Shown here: positions 30,590 through 40,340 of the stretch, one piece after another
How positions within the stretch are numbered: the first letter of the stretch is position 1
Layout: every line of letters begins with the position of its first letter
DNA from: Alphaproteobacteria bacterium
Lineage (GTDB): Bacteria > Pseudomonadota > Alphaproteobacteria > UBA828
Assembly: GCA_963422645.2 (NCBI GenBank)
Contig: CAXXVO010000017.1
Span: 234,553-298,552 of the forward strand
Length of the DNA stretch: 64,000 nucleotides
Direction of reading: 5' to 3'
Program-made: the position numbers and the translations under genes
Notes under the pieces: generated by a model
What the model was told of the DNA's origin: nothing
What the model saw: the letters and a program-made list of their open reading frames with translations, nothing else
Databases searched by the model: none

Positions 30590-32505
30590 GCGCAGTCACG
30601 GCCAAGGACGCGGGGGCGCCGCTCGGCCCGATCGAGCTTGAGGTCATTACCGGCACGATCCGCACCGCCGAGCTGGAGATCGAGGCGGCGGTCGAGCGGA
30701 CGGCGCGCTCGCCGATGATCAGGGACCAGCACGACTATCGCGTGGCGCTCTTCGACGCGCGCGGGCGCAAGCTGACGGGGCGCTCCTACGCCGCGCTGGT
30801 CGAGCCGGTGTTCGAGTACTTCGATGAGGGCGACATCCACCCAGGAGACATCTTCTTCTGGAACGACCCCTACAACAGCGCGGGCGGCATCGGGCACATC
30901 CCCGATCTGTGCACGACCATTCCTATCTTCTACGGCGACCGGCTGATCGGCTTCAGCCAGGTTTTCGGCCACCACGACGATGTCGGCGGCTCGGTGCCGG
31001 GCAGCCTGCCCGCCAATGCCACCGACATGTGGACCGAGGGACTGGTGGTTCCCCCCATCAAGATCTACGAGCGGGGGAGGATCAACGAGGCCGTCTTCAA
31101 GATCATCTCGCGCAATTCGCGGCTTTCGGAGCATCTGCGCGGCGATCTCGATGCCGAAATCGGCGCCGCCAGGCTCGGCAGCCAGCGCATCGTTACGTTG
31201 GCCGAGCGCTACGGCGTGGATGCCCTTGAAGCCGCCTACGACGCGATCATCGAGAATTGCGCCGAGACCATTCGCCGCGAGCTACTCCCCAAGATTCGCG
31301 ACGGGGTCTACGCCTGGGAGGACTACATCGAGGACGACGGCGTCGAAGGGCCGCAGATGCATGCGCTGCGCCTGACGATGACCAAGACCGTCGACAAGAT
31401 CGTGCTCGACTTCACGGGCACATCGAAGGAGGCGAAGGGGCCGATCAACTGGCCCATCGACTACGCGGATGGAAAATTCGCGCGCAAGTGGATGGGTCCG
31501 GTGCTCCGCTCGCTCGCGGCGACGCCTGAGCGGGCGGCCGAGATCGACATGAACGAGGGCGTTCTCGACGTCATCGAGCTGAAGTTTCCGCCCAAGGGAA
31601 CGCTGGTGACGCCGAGCTTCGGCAAGGCCACGGGCCTGCGCTTCTTCCCCCTGCTGCGCTCGCTCGGGATCTTCGCGGCGCTGCTGGCCAAGGCGACCGA
31701 CGGGCGCATGCCGGCCGATCACGAGACGATCCGGATCTGGGGTCTGCACGGCGGGCGTATCGGCCACGACTTCTTCCTGTTTCGCGAGGTGCTGGGCGGT
31801 GGTGGGCCGGGGCGCCCGTGGGCGGACGGCAGCGACGTCGTTCACGTGGTGCCGAACTCGCGCAACCTGCCCGCAGAGTTCTCGGAGACCCGGTACCCCG
31901 TCATCATCGAACGCTTAGGCCTGGCGACGGACTCAGGCGGTGCTGGCTGCCGTCGCGGCGGGTTTGGCTATGACAAGCAGGTGAGGGCGCTCGAAGACTG
32001 CGAGGCGCTCTCCAACGCCGACCGCGCAATGATCAACACCTACGGCGTCAACGGCGGCAAGTACGGCGGCACCTACGGCCTGGAAATCGACAATCCAGAC
32101 GGCACACAGCGCAAGATCGCCGGCATGGACGACCGGGTTCAGGTCGCTGCCGGCTCGACGATCAGAATCCGGACGACAGGGGGTGGTGGCTGGGGCGACC
32201 CGCTGGCGCGAGAGCCGGAGATGGTTTGCTACGACGTTCAGTGCGGCCTCGTTTCGGAGCAGGCGGCGCGCGAGGACTACGGCGTCGTGCTCGGGCGCGA
32301 GGGCCGGCGCTATAGAGTCGACCAGGATGCGACGGATCGCCTGCGCGGGCGCATGAGGGCCGCGCGCGGGCCGCTCCCCATGTTCAGCCGCGGGCCCTAT
32401 TTCGAGCAGATGAAGCGCGACCAGGCGATCGCGCGGCCAGAGGGCTTCGACGACCCGGACGACGGCTGGCTCGCCGACGGCATGGTTCCGGAGGCGGCGG
32501 AGTGA
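30586..32505 (+). CDS. Hydantoinase B / oxoprolinase family subunit
   Basis: RTARSPMIRD, NDPY...GHIPD, GHHDDVGG and TTGGGGWGDP motifs. Confidence 0.94.
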   Translation: MSAVTAKDAGAPLGPIELEVITGTIRTAELEIEAAVERTARSPMIRDQHDYRVALFDARGRKLTGRSYAALVEPVFEYFDEGDIHPGDIFFWNDPYNSAGGIGHIPDLCTTIPIFYGDRLIGFSQVFGHHDDVGGSVPGSLPANATDMWTEGLVVPPIKIYERGRINEAVFKIISRNSRLSEHLRGDLDAEIGAARLGSQRIVTLAERYGVDALEAAYDAIIENCAETIRRELLPKIRDGVYAWEDYIEDDGVEGPQMHALRLTMTKTVDKIVLDFTGTSKEAKGPINWPIDYADGKFARKWMGPVLRSLAATPERAAEIDMNEGVLDVIELKFPPKGTLVTPSFGKATGLRFFPLLRSLGIFAALLAKATDGRMPADHETIRIWGLHGGRIGHDFFLFREVLGGGGPGRPWADGSDVVHVVPNSRNLPAEFSETRYPVIIERLGLATDSGGAGCRRGGFGYDKQVRALEDCEALSNADRAMINTYGVNGGKYGGTYGLEIDNPDGTQRKIAGMDDRVQVAAGSTIRIRTTGGGGWGDPLAREPEMVCYDVQCGLVSEQAAREDYGVVLGREGRRYRVDQDATDRLRGRMRAARGPLPMFSRGPYFEQMKRDQAIARPEGFDDPDDGWLADGMVPEAAE

Positions 32506-33371
32506 AGCCAGCGCTCTTCGACTATGTGGCGCCACAAAGCATCGAAGAAGCGCTCGAAGCCCTAGCGAGCGACGAGATGGCGAGGCCGCTGGCGGGCGGC
32601 CAAAGCCTGATCCCCACAATGAACTTCCGTATCGCGGCGCCCTCCAGGCTGGTGGATCTTGCCCGGATCGACGCGCTCAAGGGACACGCGATCGAGGGCG
32701 ATGTCATCCGCGTGGGCGCGATGACCCGCCAACGGGATCTCGAACGCGACGGAGAGGTTCGGCGGGCGAACCCCCTGATCGCCGAAGTCCTGGGCAACGT
32801 CGCGCACATCGTCATCCGCAATCGCGGCACGGTGGGCGGCAGCATCGCCCATGCCGACGCCGCGGCCGAGCTCCCCTGCATGCTGGTGGCGACGGGCGGC
32901 TCGGTCGTCGCGCGCAGCGTCGCGGGCGAGCGGACGATTGCTGCCGATGACCTTTTCCACTTTCACATGACGACGGCGCTTCAGCCGGGTGAGCTGCTGA
33001 CCGAGGTGCGCATACCGACCCTTCCCCCCCGTACGGGTTATGCGTTCCAGGAGGTCGCGCGCCGCCACGGCGACTATGCCCTCGCCGGTGTCTGCGCGCT
33101 GGTGACGCTGAGGGACGGCGTCTGCACCGCCGTGCGCCTCGCAGCCTGCGGCGTGGCTTCGAAAGCGACGCGCCTCGCCGAGGCCGAGAATGCCTTGCGG
33201 GACGCCGCACCGGAGGGAAGCGCGCTCGCGGGCGCGGCCGAAGCGGCGCGCACGTATTCGACGTCGGGCGACGATAGACAGGCCAGCGCGGAATACCGCA
33301 AGGACCTCGTTGCGGCGCTGGTCCGGCGCACCGTCGCCAAAGCCGCCGACCGGGCAGGGGAGCGGGCGTGA
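32502..33371 (+). CDS. Molybdenum hydroxylase FAD subunit (CoxM/CutM-like)
   Basis: MKPALFDY, LAGGQSLIP and IRNRGTVGGSIAHAD motifs. Confidence 0.92.
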   Translation: MKPALFDYVAPQSIEEALEALASDEMARPLAGGQSLIPTMNFRIAAPSRLVDLARIDALKGHAIEGDVIRVGAMTRQRDLERDGEVRRANPLIAEVLGNVAHIVIRNRGTVGGSIAHADAAAELPCMLVATGGSVVARSVAGERTIAADDLFHFHMTTALQPGELLTEVRIPTLPPRTGYAFQEVARRHGDYALAGVCALVTLRDGVCTAVRLAACGVASKATRLAEAENALRDAAPEGSALAGAAEAARTYSTSGDDRQASAEYRKDLVAALVRRTVAKAADRAGERA

Positions 33372-33904
33372 TGGCGAGGTCGACTGCGCGCAAGAAGCCG
33401 CTCGGGCGATCTCCCGACCCGCAGGTACCGGTATCCATGACCGTCAACGGCGAGCGGGTCGAGCGCGAGGTCAGCCCCCGCATGCTGCTGAGCGACTTCA
33501 TTCGACACGAGCTGGGCCTGACGGGAACCCATGTCGGCTGCGAACATGGCGTCTGCGGGTGCTGCACGGTGATCATCGACGGCAGGGCCGGGCGGTCCTG
33601 CCTCGCCTTTGCGGTACAGGCGGACGGGGCAGACATACGTACGATCGAGAGCGTTGCTTCCGCCGACGGCACGCTGCATCCGGTCCAGCAGGCCTTTCGC
33701 GAATGCCACGGGCTGCAATGCGGCTATTGCACGCCCGGTTTCGTCATGTCGATCATGGACTACCTGGAAGACAACCCGGACCCGGACCTTTCGGAGGACG
33801 CCATTCGCGAGGTCCTGTCGGGCAATCTGTGCCGCTGCACCGGCTACAAGAACATCATGGCCGCCTTCCGCCGCAGCGCGGAACTGATGCGCGAAGCGCG
33901 CTAG
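33371..33904 (+). CDS. Molybdenum hydroxylase 2Fe-2S subunit (CoxS-like)
   Basis: GCEHGVCGCCTV, QCGYCTPG and NLCRCTGY motifs. Confidence 0.93.
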   Translation: MARSTARKKPLGRSPDPQVPVSMTVNGERVEREVSPRMLLSDFIRHELGLTGTHVGCEHGVCGCCTVIIDGRAGRSCLAFAVQADGADIRTIESVASADGTLHPVQQAFRECHGLQCGYCTPGFVMSIMDYLEDNPDPDLSEDAIREVLSGNLCRCTGYKNIMAAFRRSAELMREAR

Positions 33905-33923
33905 AGAAACGGGGGTCAGAACC

Positions 33924-36323
33924 GTGTCGACGCGCCAGTTCGGCGAACCGATCGAGCGCAATGCCGACCCTGCCCTGCTGCGCGGCGAGGGCAGCTTCAT
34001 CGACGACATCGATCTTCCCGGCGCGCTCCATGTGGCGTTCGCGCGCAGCACTGTCGCAAGGGCAAGGATCCTCTCGGTCGACACGTCTGCCGCCGAAGCC
34101 CTCGACGGCGTGGTCAAGGTCTACACCTGCGACACCATTGGCGCCCTCGATGCCGACTTGCCCCTGCTGATCCCGAACCCCGACCTCACCCACCCCAGGA
34201 CGCAGCGTCCGCTTGCCCGCGACGACGTGTTCTACGTTGGGCAATGCATCGCCATGGTGGTGGCGGTCGACCGTTACGTCGCCGAGGACGCGGTGCGCCT
34301 GATCGATGTCGACTACGACCCCCTGCCGGTCGAGATGGACCTGGAAAAGGCGGTGGAGGACGACGCGCCGCCGGTTCACTCCGACGTGCCCAATAACACC
34401 GCCGGCAAATTCCGGGTTGAGACTGGAGACACGGACGCGGCGTTTGCGAAGGCCGAGCACATCACGCGAATCAAGATTCGCCTCGAGCGCAGCACGGCCG
34501 CGCCGATGGAATGCCGCGCGATCGCGGCGCGCTGGGAGGCTGTGACCGGCGAGCTCACGGTCTGGGACAGCACGCAGTCGACGTTGTCCGTGCGTGGCGC
34601 CCTGGCCACCGTGCTCCAGATCGATGAGGACAAGGTGCGCGTGATCGCGCCCAACGTGGGCGGCGGCTTCGGCCAGAAGATCATGATGTTCTACCCTGAC
34701 GAGCTGCTGGTTCCGCTGGCAGCGATGGAGCTCGGGCGCCCGGTCAAGTACATCGAGGACAGGGTCGAGAACTTCATCGGCGCGTCCCAGGAACGGACGC
34801 AGATCCACACCCTCGAGCTCGCGGCCATGAATGATGGCCGGGTGATCGGCCTGAAGGACGACTTCCTGCACGATACCGGGGCGTTCATTCCCTACGGCAT
34901 CGCCGTCGCCCAGGTGAGCTCGACCTCGATCGCGGGCCCCTACCGCATCCCGAGTTTTCGGGTCACCTTCCGCCCCGTCTACATGCCGACCGTGCAGGTG
35001 ACCCCCTATCGCGGGTGCGGCAGGCCCCATGCCTGCTACGCTATCGAGCGTGCCATGGACCAGCTCGCCGGCGAGCTTGGCCTCGACCGCTTCGAGGTGC
35101 GGCGGCGGAACTTCATCGGAAAGGACGAGTTTCCCTACCCGCGCGAGGGCGTGATCTTCGCCGACGGTCTGCAGGTCATCCACGACAGCGGCGCCTACGA
35201 GGAGGCACTCGAGAGGCTGAGCGAGGCGATCGATATCGAGGGCTTCCGCGCCGAGCAGGCGGCCGCCCGCGAGGAGGGACGATATCTCGGTCTCGGCTTC
35301 GGGTTCTATGTCGAGGGAACGGGGCTCGGCCCCTACGAGGGCGGGCACATCAAGATTCACCCGATCACCGGCAAGGTCTTTGTCAGCACGGGTTTGACTG
35401 ATCAGGGTCAGGGCCACGAGACGGTGTTCGCTCAAATCGCCGCCGAGCAGACAGGCGCACGTGTCGAAGACGTGATCGTCGTCGAGGGGGACACCGGCGC
35501 CTTCGGATGGGGAGTGGCGACCTTCGCGAGCCGCGCCGCGGTGTGCAGCGGCAATGCGATCCACATGGCTGCTGTGAAGGCGCGCGCGCAGATCGTCGAG
35601 GCCGCAGCCAACATGATGGAGTGCAGCCAGGCGGATATCGAGCTGCACGATGGTGCGGCGTGGGTGAAGGGGACCGACCGCCGGGCGACGCTGGCGGAAA
35701 TCGCGACCGCGACCAACCCGCTGCGCTACGCCTTCAACAAGCCATCGGCCAGCGCCACGCAATTCGCGCCAGCGAGCCGGCACGACGGGCCGCAGCTTGC
35801 CGAGGGCAGAACGCCGGGCATCGAAACCACCGACTACTACAGCCCGCCGCATGCGACCTGGGCCTTCGGTGCCCATGCAGCCGTGATCGAGGTCGATCCC
35901 GAACTCTGCACGATCGACGTGAAGCGCTACGTCTGCATTCACGATTGCGGGCGGATGATCAACCCGATGATCGTGGACGGCCAGGTCATGGGCGGGATCG
36001 CGCAAGGCGTGGGCGGCGCGTTCTATGAGCGCTGCGAATTCGACGAAGAGGGAACCCCGCTCAACGCCAATTTCATGGATTTCCTGATTCCATACGCGAC
36101 CGAGGTGCCCAACGCGGAGATCATTCACTCGGAGACGCCGTCTCCGCTCAACCCGCTCGGCGTCAAGGGTGTGGGCGAAGCCGGTACCATCCCGGTCGCG
36201 CAGGTTTACGCGTCAGCGGTGGAGGATGCCCTGCAGCCCTTCGGGATCGCGCCGATCCGCGAGGCGCCGCTGACGCCCGACGCGATCCACCGGATGCTGA
36301 AGCAGGCGCGCGACGCCGCCTAA
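33924..36323 (+). CDS. Molybdenum hydroxylase large subunit (xanthine dehydrogenase/CoxL-like, not form I CODH)
   Basis: VGGGFGQK, active-site TPYRGCGR, QGQGHET and GVKGVGEAG motifs. Confidence 0.9.
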   Translation: MSTRQFGEPIERNADPALLRGEGSFIDDIDLPGALHVAFARSTVARARILSVDTSAAEALDGVVKVYTCDTIGALDADLPLLIPNPDLTHPRTQRPLARDDVFYVGQCIAMVVAVDRYVAEDAVRLIDVDYDPLPVEMDLEKAVEDDAPPVHSDVPNNTAGKFRVETGDTDAAFAKAEHITRIKIRLERSTAAPMECRAIAARWEAVTGELTVWDSTQSTLSVRGALATVLQIDEDKVRVIAPNVGGGFGQKIMMFYPDELLVPLAAMELGRPVKYIEDRVENFIGASQERTQIHTLELAAMNDGRVIGLKDDFLHDTGAFIPYGIAVAQVSSTSIAGPYRIPSFRVTFRPVYMPTVQVTPYRGCGRPHACYAIERAMDQLAGELGLDRFEVRRRNFIGKDEFPYPREGVIFADGLQVIHDSGAYEEALERLSEAIDIEGFRAEQAAAREEGRYLGLGFGFYVEGTGLGPYEGGHIKIHPITGKVFVSTGLTDQGQGHETVFAQIAAEQTGARVEDVIVVEGDTGAFGWGVATFASRAAVCSGNAIHMAAVKARAQIVEAAANMMECSQADIELHDGAAWVKGTDRRATLAEIATATNPLRYAFNKPSASATQFAPASRHDGPQLAEGRTPGIETTDYYSPPHATWAFGAHAAVIEVDPELCTIDVKRYVCIHDCGRMINPMIVDGQVMGGIAQGVGGAFYERCEFDEEGTPLNANFMDFLIPYATEVPNAEIIHSETPSPLNPLGVKGVGEAGTIPVAQVYASAVEDALQPFGIAPIREAPLTPDAIHRMLKQARDAA

Positions 36324-36898
36324 CTACGGCGCCCAATCAGCAGCCCGAACAACCGCTTGATCCACGCTGCGATGACGACACGCGTGAGTTGCGTGCCCTC
36401 GATAGCCTGGGGTGGCTCCTGAACATCGGCCTCGGCCTCGTGCCCGCGTTGGGCGAGCTTGTCGCGGAGGTTCTCCGCAAACTGTGCGGTGAGGTGGTTG
36501 GCGACATCCTGGATGATTCCGCCGCGGCCCATCTGCGCGAGCGCGCCGGTCAGGCGGATGGTGCCGTGGAGCCTGACCTGGGAGCCACCATCTCGCTCGT
36601 GGATTTCGTAGGCGATGCTCGCCTTTGCACGGTTGTTGCCTCGCCGGTCGATTCCAGAGGCTTCGATCCTCGCGCTGCGGGCCTCGTGGTCGGTCTCGAC
36701 GATGGCGGCCGCGCCCTCGAAGGCGGCCGTCACTGGCCCGAGCTTCACCGTCACCTTGCCCGTGTAGGTCGACTCACCCGTCTGGGCGAGAAGTTCCGCG
36801 CCGGGCATGCAGGTCACAACCTCGGGCACGTCCTGGAAGAAGGTCCAGACGCGGCTGGGTGGCTGGTCGATGTCGAACGACGTCTCGATATTTGGCAC
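36320..36898 (-). CDS. CoxG/SRPBCC family protein
   Basis: VWTFFQDVPEVVTCMPGA...VKLGP...GALAQMGRG; convergent on the large subunit gene. Confidence 0.85.
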   Translation of the reverse strand: MPNIETSFDIDQPPSRVWTFFQDVPEVVTCMPGAELLAQTGESTYTGKVTVKLGPVTAAFEGAAAIVETDHEARSARIEASGIDRRGNNRAKASIAYEIHERDGGSQVRLHGTIRLTGALAQMGRGGIIQDVANHLTAQFAENLRDKLAQRGHEAEADVQEPPQAIEGTQLTRVVIAAWIKRLFGLLIGRRS

Positions 36899-36972
36899 GT
36901 CATGGCCTCGCGGTTAGGGCGTGCGTGGCGCTATCCTGGAATTCTCACCGATGCCATGGCGAGAAACGCGGG

Positions 36973-38403
36973 CTAATCGAAGCGCGCGGGCGCGGGGCTC
37001 ACCACGCGGGTCTCGCCGCCCTCGGCGACTTCGAAGACGGCAAGGCCCCGTTCCGCGATCCCCTCGTCGTCGAAGCGAAACAGCCCGTCCGCGCCGAGAA
37101 AACCGCCCCGGTTGCCGATGGCCTGCGGACCGAACGAGTTGCCCGCACGCGCGAGTGCCGCCGCGAGCGCGGTCGCGTCATAGGCGAGGGTGGCGATCGC
37201 GCCCGGCGGCTCTCCAAAGATCCGGTGGTAGCGTGTCTCGAAGGTCCGTCGCGCGGCAGGGTCGGGCCCCGCGAACCAGCCGCCCGCGAGCGCCGGCTCG
37301 CCGAGCGTCGCTGGTTCTTCCCAGAGGCCGGTTCCGAGGATGCGAATCTTGGCGGGGTCGATGTCGTAGTAGGGCAGCAGCGGCGCGACCTGCCGCAGCC
37401 GGGCGCCGCCATCGGCCAGCAGCACCGCATCGAAGGGCAACTCGCCCAGCGTGTCGAGCGTCTGGAGCCGTTTCATGCGGCGTCGGGCAGCGGCATCGTT
37501 CTGGCGGGCCAGCGTCCTTCGCTCGTCCTTCAGGGCCTGGGCGCGCCGGTCGAATTCGGCGAGCTCGCGTACCACGTCCGCAGCATCGGACCCGTCGGGG
37601 GCGTAGGTGCGAACCCGTGTGAGCGAGAGGCCCGTGAGCGCCGCGGCTGCCCAGGCTTCGTCCGCCACCGCCGCGCCGTATCGCGTCTCGGGCGCCAGCA
37701 GGGCGATTCGTCGGTGCCCGTTGCTCGCCGCATGGGCGAAGACCCGCCTGATCTGTGTGCGCGGCGTGTGGCCCAGCAGATAGACGCCCTCGCTTGCCAC
37801 CGTCCGGTCGGTCGAGAAGGCCACCACGGTGACGCCGTGAGCCCGGGCATCAGTGGCGACGGCGTTCACTCCTTCGGCAAACAAGGGACCGAGGATTAGA
37901 TCGACGCCGTCTTTGAGGAGCGCGAGCGCGGCACGCTCCGCGCCCGGCGCCGTACCTCCCGTGTCGCGTGGCAGTATAAGAAAGCGCTCGTCGGCCGTGT
38001 CGAACAGCGCGAGCTGCGCGGCGTGCAGCAAGGATTCTCCTGCCGCTGCGTAAGGGCCGGAAAGCGGCAGCAGGAGCCCCACCCTGGCGGCGGGTTGTGC
38101 CGTCCCGGGCGCCGCAGCCTCACTGTCCTCGTCCGTGGAAGGCTCGCCGGCGGCTGGCGCCGTGTCGTCCGTGGCGAGGGCAGAAAGTGTCCCATCCGCC
38201 GGCGTTTCCAGCGGAGACAAGCGCTCGGGCGCTACCGCTCCTGTTTCGGCCGCCGCGCCCGGCGACGTCTGGCCTTCGGGCGGCGGCGGCGGTACGCTCG
38301 GCGCGGCGCAGGCGCCCGCAAGGAGGATCAGCAGCAGAGCGGCGCCAGCCGATCCGATCCGCCGGCGCCGGCCGGCTGCGGAGAAGGTGCGAGGTCGATC
38401 CAT
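36973..38403 (-). CDS. Penicillin-binding protein activator (LpoA/LppC-like lipoprotein)
   Basis: Lipobox LAGAC; VGLLLPLSG, ILGPLFA and LAYDA motifs; divergent from rsmI. Confidence 0.85.
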   Translation of the reverse strand: MDRPRTFSAAGRRRRIGSAGAALLLILLAGACAAPSVPPPPPEGQTSPGAAAETGAVAPERLSPLETPADGTLSALATDDTAPAAGEPSTDEDSEAAAPGTAQPAARVGLLLPLSGPYAAAGESLLHAAQLALFDTADERFLILPRDTGGTAPGAERAALALLKDGVDLILGPLFAEGVNAVATDARAHGVTVVAFSTDRTVASEGVYLLGHTPRTQIRRVFAHAASNGHRRIALLAPETRYGAAVADEAWAAAALTGLSLTRVRTYAPDGSDAADVVRELAEFDRRAQALKDERRTLARQNDAAARRRMKRLQTLDTLGELPFDAVLLADGGARLRQVAPLLPYYDIDPAKIRILGTGLWEEPATLGEPALAGGWFAGPDPAARRTFETRYHRIFGEPPGAIATLAYDATALAAALARAGNSFGPQAIGNRGGFLGADGLFRFDDEGIAERGLAVFEVAEGGETRVVSPAPARFD

Positions 38404-39337
38404 GTCCGAGGAAGCTCCCGCGACGCCCGCAGGCGCGGGGCAGACTAGGCGCGACGACCCGGTGAGTAAACCGCAGCCGAGCGCGGAGCCGGGCCTTTGG
38501 CTGGTGGCGACGCCGATCGGCAATCTGGGGGATATTTCGAAGCGGGCCCTGGCCGTGCTGGCATCCGTCGATCGCGTCGCTTGCGAGGACACCCGCCGGA
38601 CTGGACGACTCCTCTCCCGCCACGGCATCGAGGCTCGCCTCATTTCCTATCACGAGCACAACGCGGCGCGGGTCCGCCCGACGCTGATCCGTGCGCTCCG
38701 GGGCGGTGGCTCAGTGGCCCTGGTCTCGGACGCCGGCACGCCGCTGATCTCCGACCCCGGCTACAAGCTGGTCCGTGCCACTCTCGATGCCGGCGTGCGC
38801 GTGACCGGCTGCCCCGGCCCGAGCGCGCCGTTGCTGGCGCTCATCCTCTCCGGCCTGCCTACCGATCGGTTTTATTTCGGCGGCTTCCTGCCTCACAGGG
38901 AGGGGCCGCGCCGGCAGGCGCTCGCCGGGCTCCGGCCTCTCGACGCCACACTCGTCTTCTTCGAATCGCCCCGCCGGCTGGCTGCGGCGCTGGCAGACAT
39001 GGATTCGACGTTCGGCCCGCGTCCGGCGACTGTGGCGCGCGAGCTGACCAAGCTGCACGAGGAAGTGCGGCGCGGAACACTCGACGCGCTCGCAGGTCAT
39101 TACGCAGTTGCCGGCGCGCCCAAGGGCGAGGTCGTGATCGTCGTGGGCGGCTGGGGCGACTCGGTGCAGCCGACGCTCTCGGACGCGGATATCGACGAGC
39201 GCCTGGATGGCCTCCTCGCCGACGGTAGCGTCCGCGACGCGGCGACGACGCTCAGCGCCGAGACCGGGTTGCCACGCCGCGAGCTCTATGCCCGTGCGCT
39301 GGCGCGGGCACGGGAGGGATGCGCGGTCGATTCATAG
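38402..39337 (+). CDS. rsmI: 16S rRNA C1402 2'-O-methyltransferase
   Basis: LVATPIGNLGDIS, ACEDTR, VSDAGTPLISDPG, FESPRR and RELTKLHEE motifs. Confidence 0.96.
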   Translation: MSEEAPATPAGAGQTRRDDPVSKPQPSAEPGLWLVATPIGNLGDISKRALAVLASVDRVACEDTRRTGRLLSRHGIEARLISYHEHNAARVRPTLIRALRGGGSVALVSDAGTPLISDPGYKLVRATLDAGVRVTGCPGPSAPLLALILSGLPTDRFYFGGFLPHREGPRRQALAGLRPLDATLVFFESPRRLAAALADMDSTFGPRPATVARELTKLHEEVRRGTLDALAGHYAVAGAPKGEVVIVVGGWGDSVQPTLSDADIDERLDGLLADGSVRDAATTLSAETGLPRRELYARALARAREGCAVDS

Positions 39338-39711
39338 AGGCGCGACGGGCGGCCTATGAGCGTGGCCTTGCGGCGGAGCGGCTTTGCGCGCTGCGACTCC
39401 GGCTCATGGGCTGGCGTATCCTCGCGCGGCGCTACGCCACCCCTGTGGGCGAGCTCGACATTGTCGCGAAGCGCGGCGCGTTGATTGCATTCGTCGAAGT
39501 CAAGTATCGCAAGGAACATCAGGGCATTCTCGAGACAATCAGTGCGCATCAGCGGCGCCGAATTGAGAATGCGGCGACCATTTTCTTGTCGCGCAATCCG
39601 AAATGGCGCAAGCTTTCATTCCGATTCGATTTGATGGTGGTGAGCCCTTGGCGATGGCCGAACCACCTGCCCGACGCGTGGCGCCCCAACCGCAGCGGGG
39701 CAGTTCTCTGA
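39319..39711 (+). CDS. yraN: YraN family (UPF0102) putative nuclease
   Basis: GLAAE...GELDIVA...FVEVK...RFD. Confidence 0.9.
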   Translation: MRGRFIEARRAAYERGLAAERLCALRLRLMGWRILARRYATPVGELDIVAKRGALIAFVEVKYRKEHQGILETISAHQRRRIENAATIFLSRNPKWRKLSFRFDLMVVSPWRWPNHLPDAWRPNRSGAVL

Positions 39712-40340
39712 CAGTATTAACCCGGCGCCCGAGCCGGAAGGCAGGGCTAGCCCTTGTACTTGTGCTCCTTTTGGCCGGCTCTCTCTCCCTCTCCGCCTGC
39801 GGCGAACTCCTGATTGGCGCGGCAGCGACGACGGGCGTCGCAATCGCCGAGGAACGCTCAGTTGGCGATGCGGTCGACGACCTGACCATTCGGGCCGAGC
39901 TCAACCACCTCTTCTTCCGAGACAATGTCGAGCTTTATCGGGATGTGTCGTTCAGCGTGGTCGAGGGTCGTGTTCTGCTCAAGGGCACCCTATCCACGCC
40001 TGAGAACCGCATCCATGCGCTTCGGATCGCCTGGCGCGCTGCCGGCGTTCGCGAGGTAATCAACGAGATTCAGGTAACCGACGACAGCGGGATCCTGGAT
40101 TACGCGCGGGACACGTGGATTTCGGCGCTGCTCAAGGCAAAGCTCTTGGTGGATGGCGATGTCCTCTCCATCAACTACAGCGTGGAGACGGTCAACGGCA
40201 CCGTCTTCCTCTTGGGTATCGCGCAGGACGAAACTGAGCTCGCGCGGGTTACCGAGCATGCCCGTGGCATCGAGGATGTGAAGCGCGTCGTGAGCCATGT
40301 GGTGATGAAGGACGACCGCCGCCGCCCGATAACACCTTGA
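39678..40340 (+). CDS. BON-domain lipoprotein, paralog 1 (start uncertain)
   Basis: Lipobox LSAC; ERSVGDAVDD; two BON domains (VVEGRVLLKG, TVNGTVFLLG). Confidence 0.85.
   Translation: MAPQPQRGSSLTVLTRRPSRKAGLALVLVLLLAGSLSLSACGELLIGAAATTGVAIAEERSVGDAVDDLTIRAELNHLFFRDNVELYRDVSFSVVEGRVLLKGTLSTPENRIHALRIAWRAAGVREVINEIQVTDDSGILDYARDTWISALLKAKLLVDGDVLSINYSVETVNGTVFLLGIAQDETELARVTEHARGIEDVKRVVSHVVMKDDRRRPITP

Noticed and set aside
33924-36323. Aerobic CO dehydrogenase (coxMSL)
   Set aside because: Lacks the form I AYxCSFR motif, no coxDEF genes are adjacent, and the context is heterocycle catabolism.
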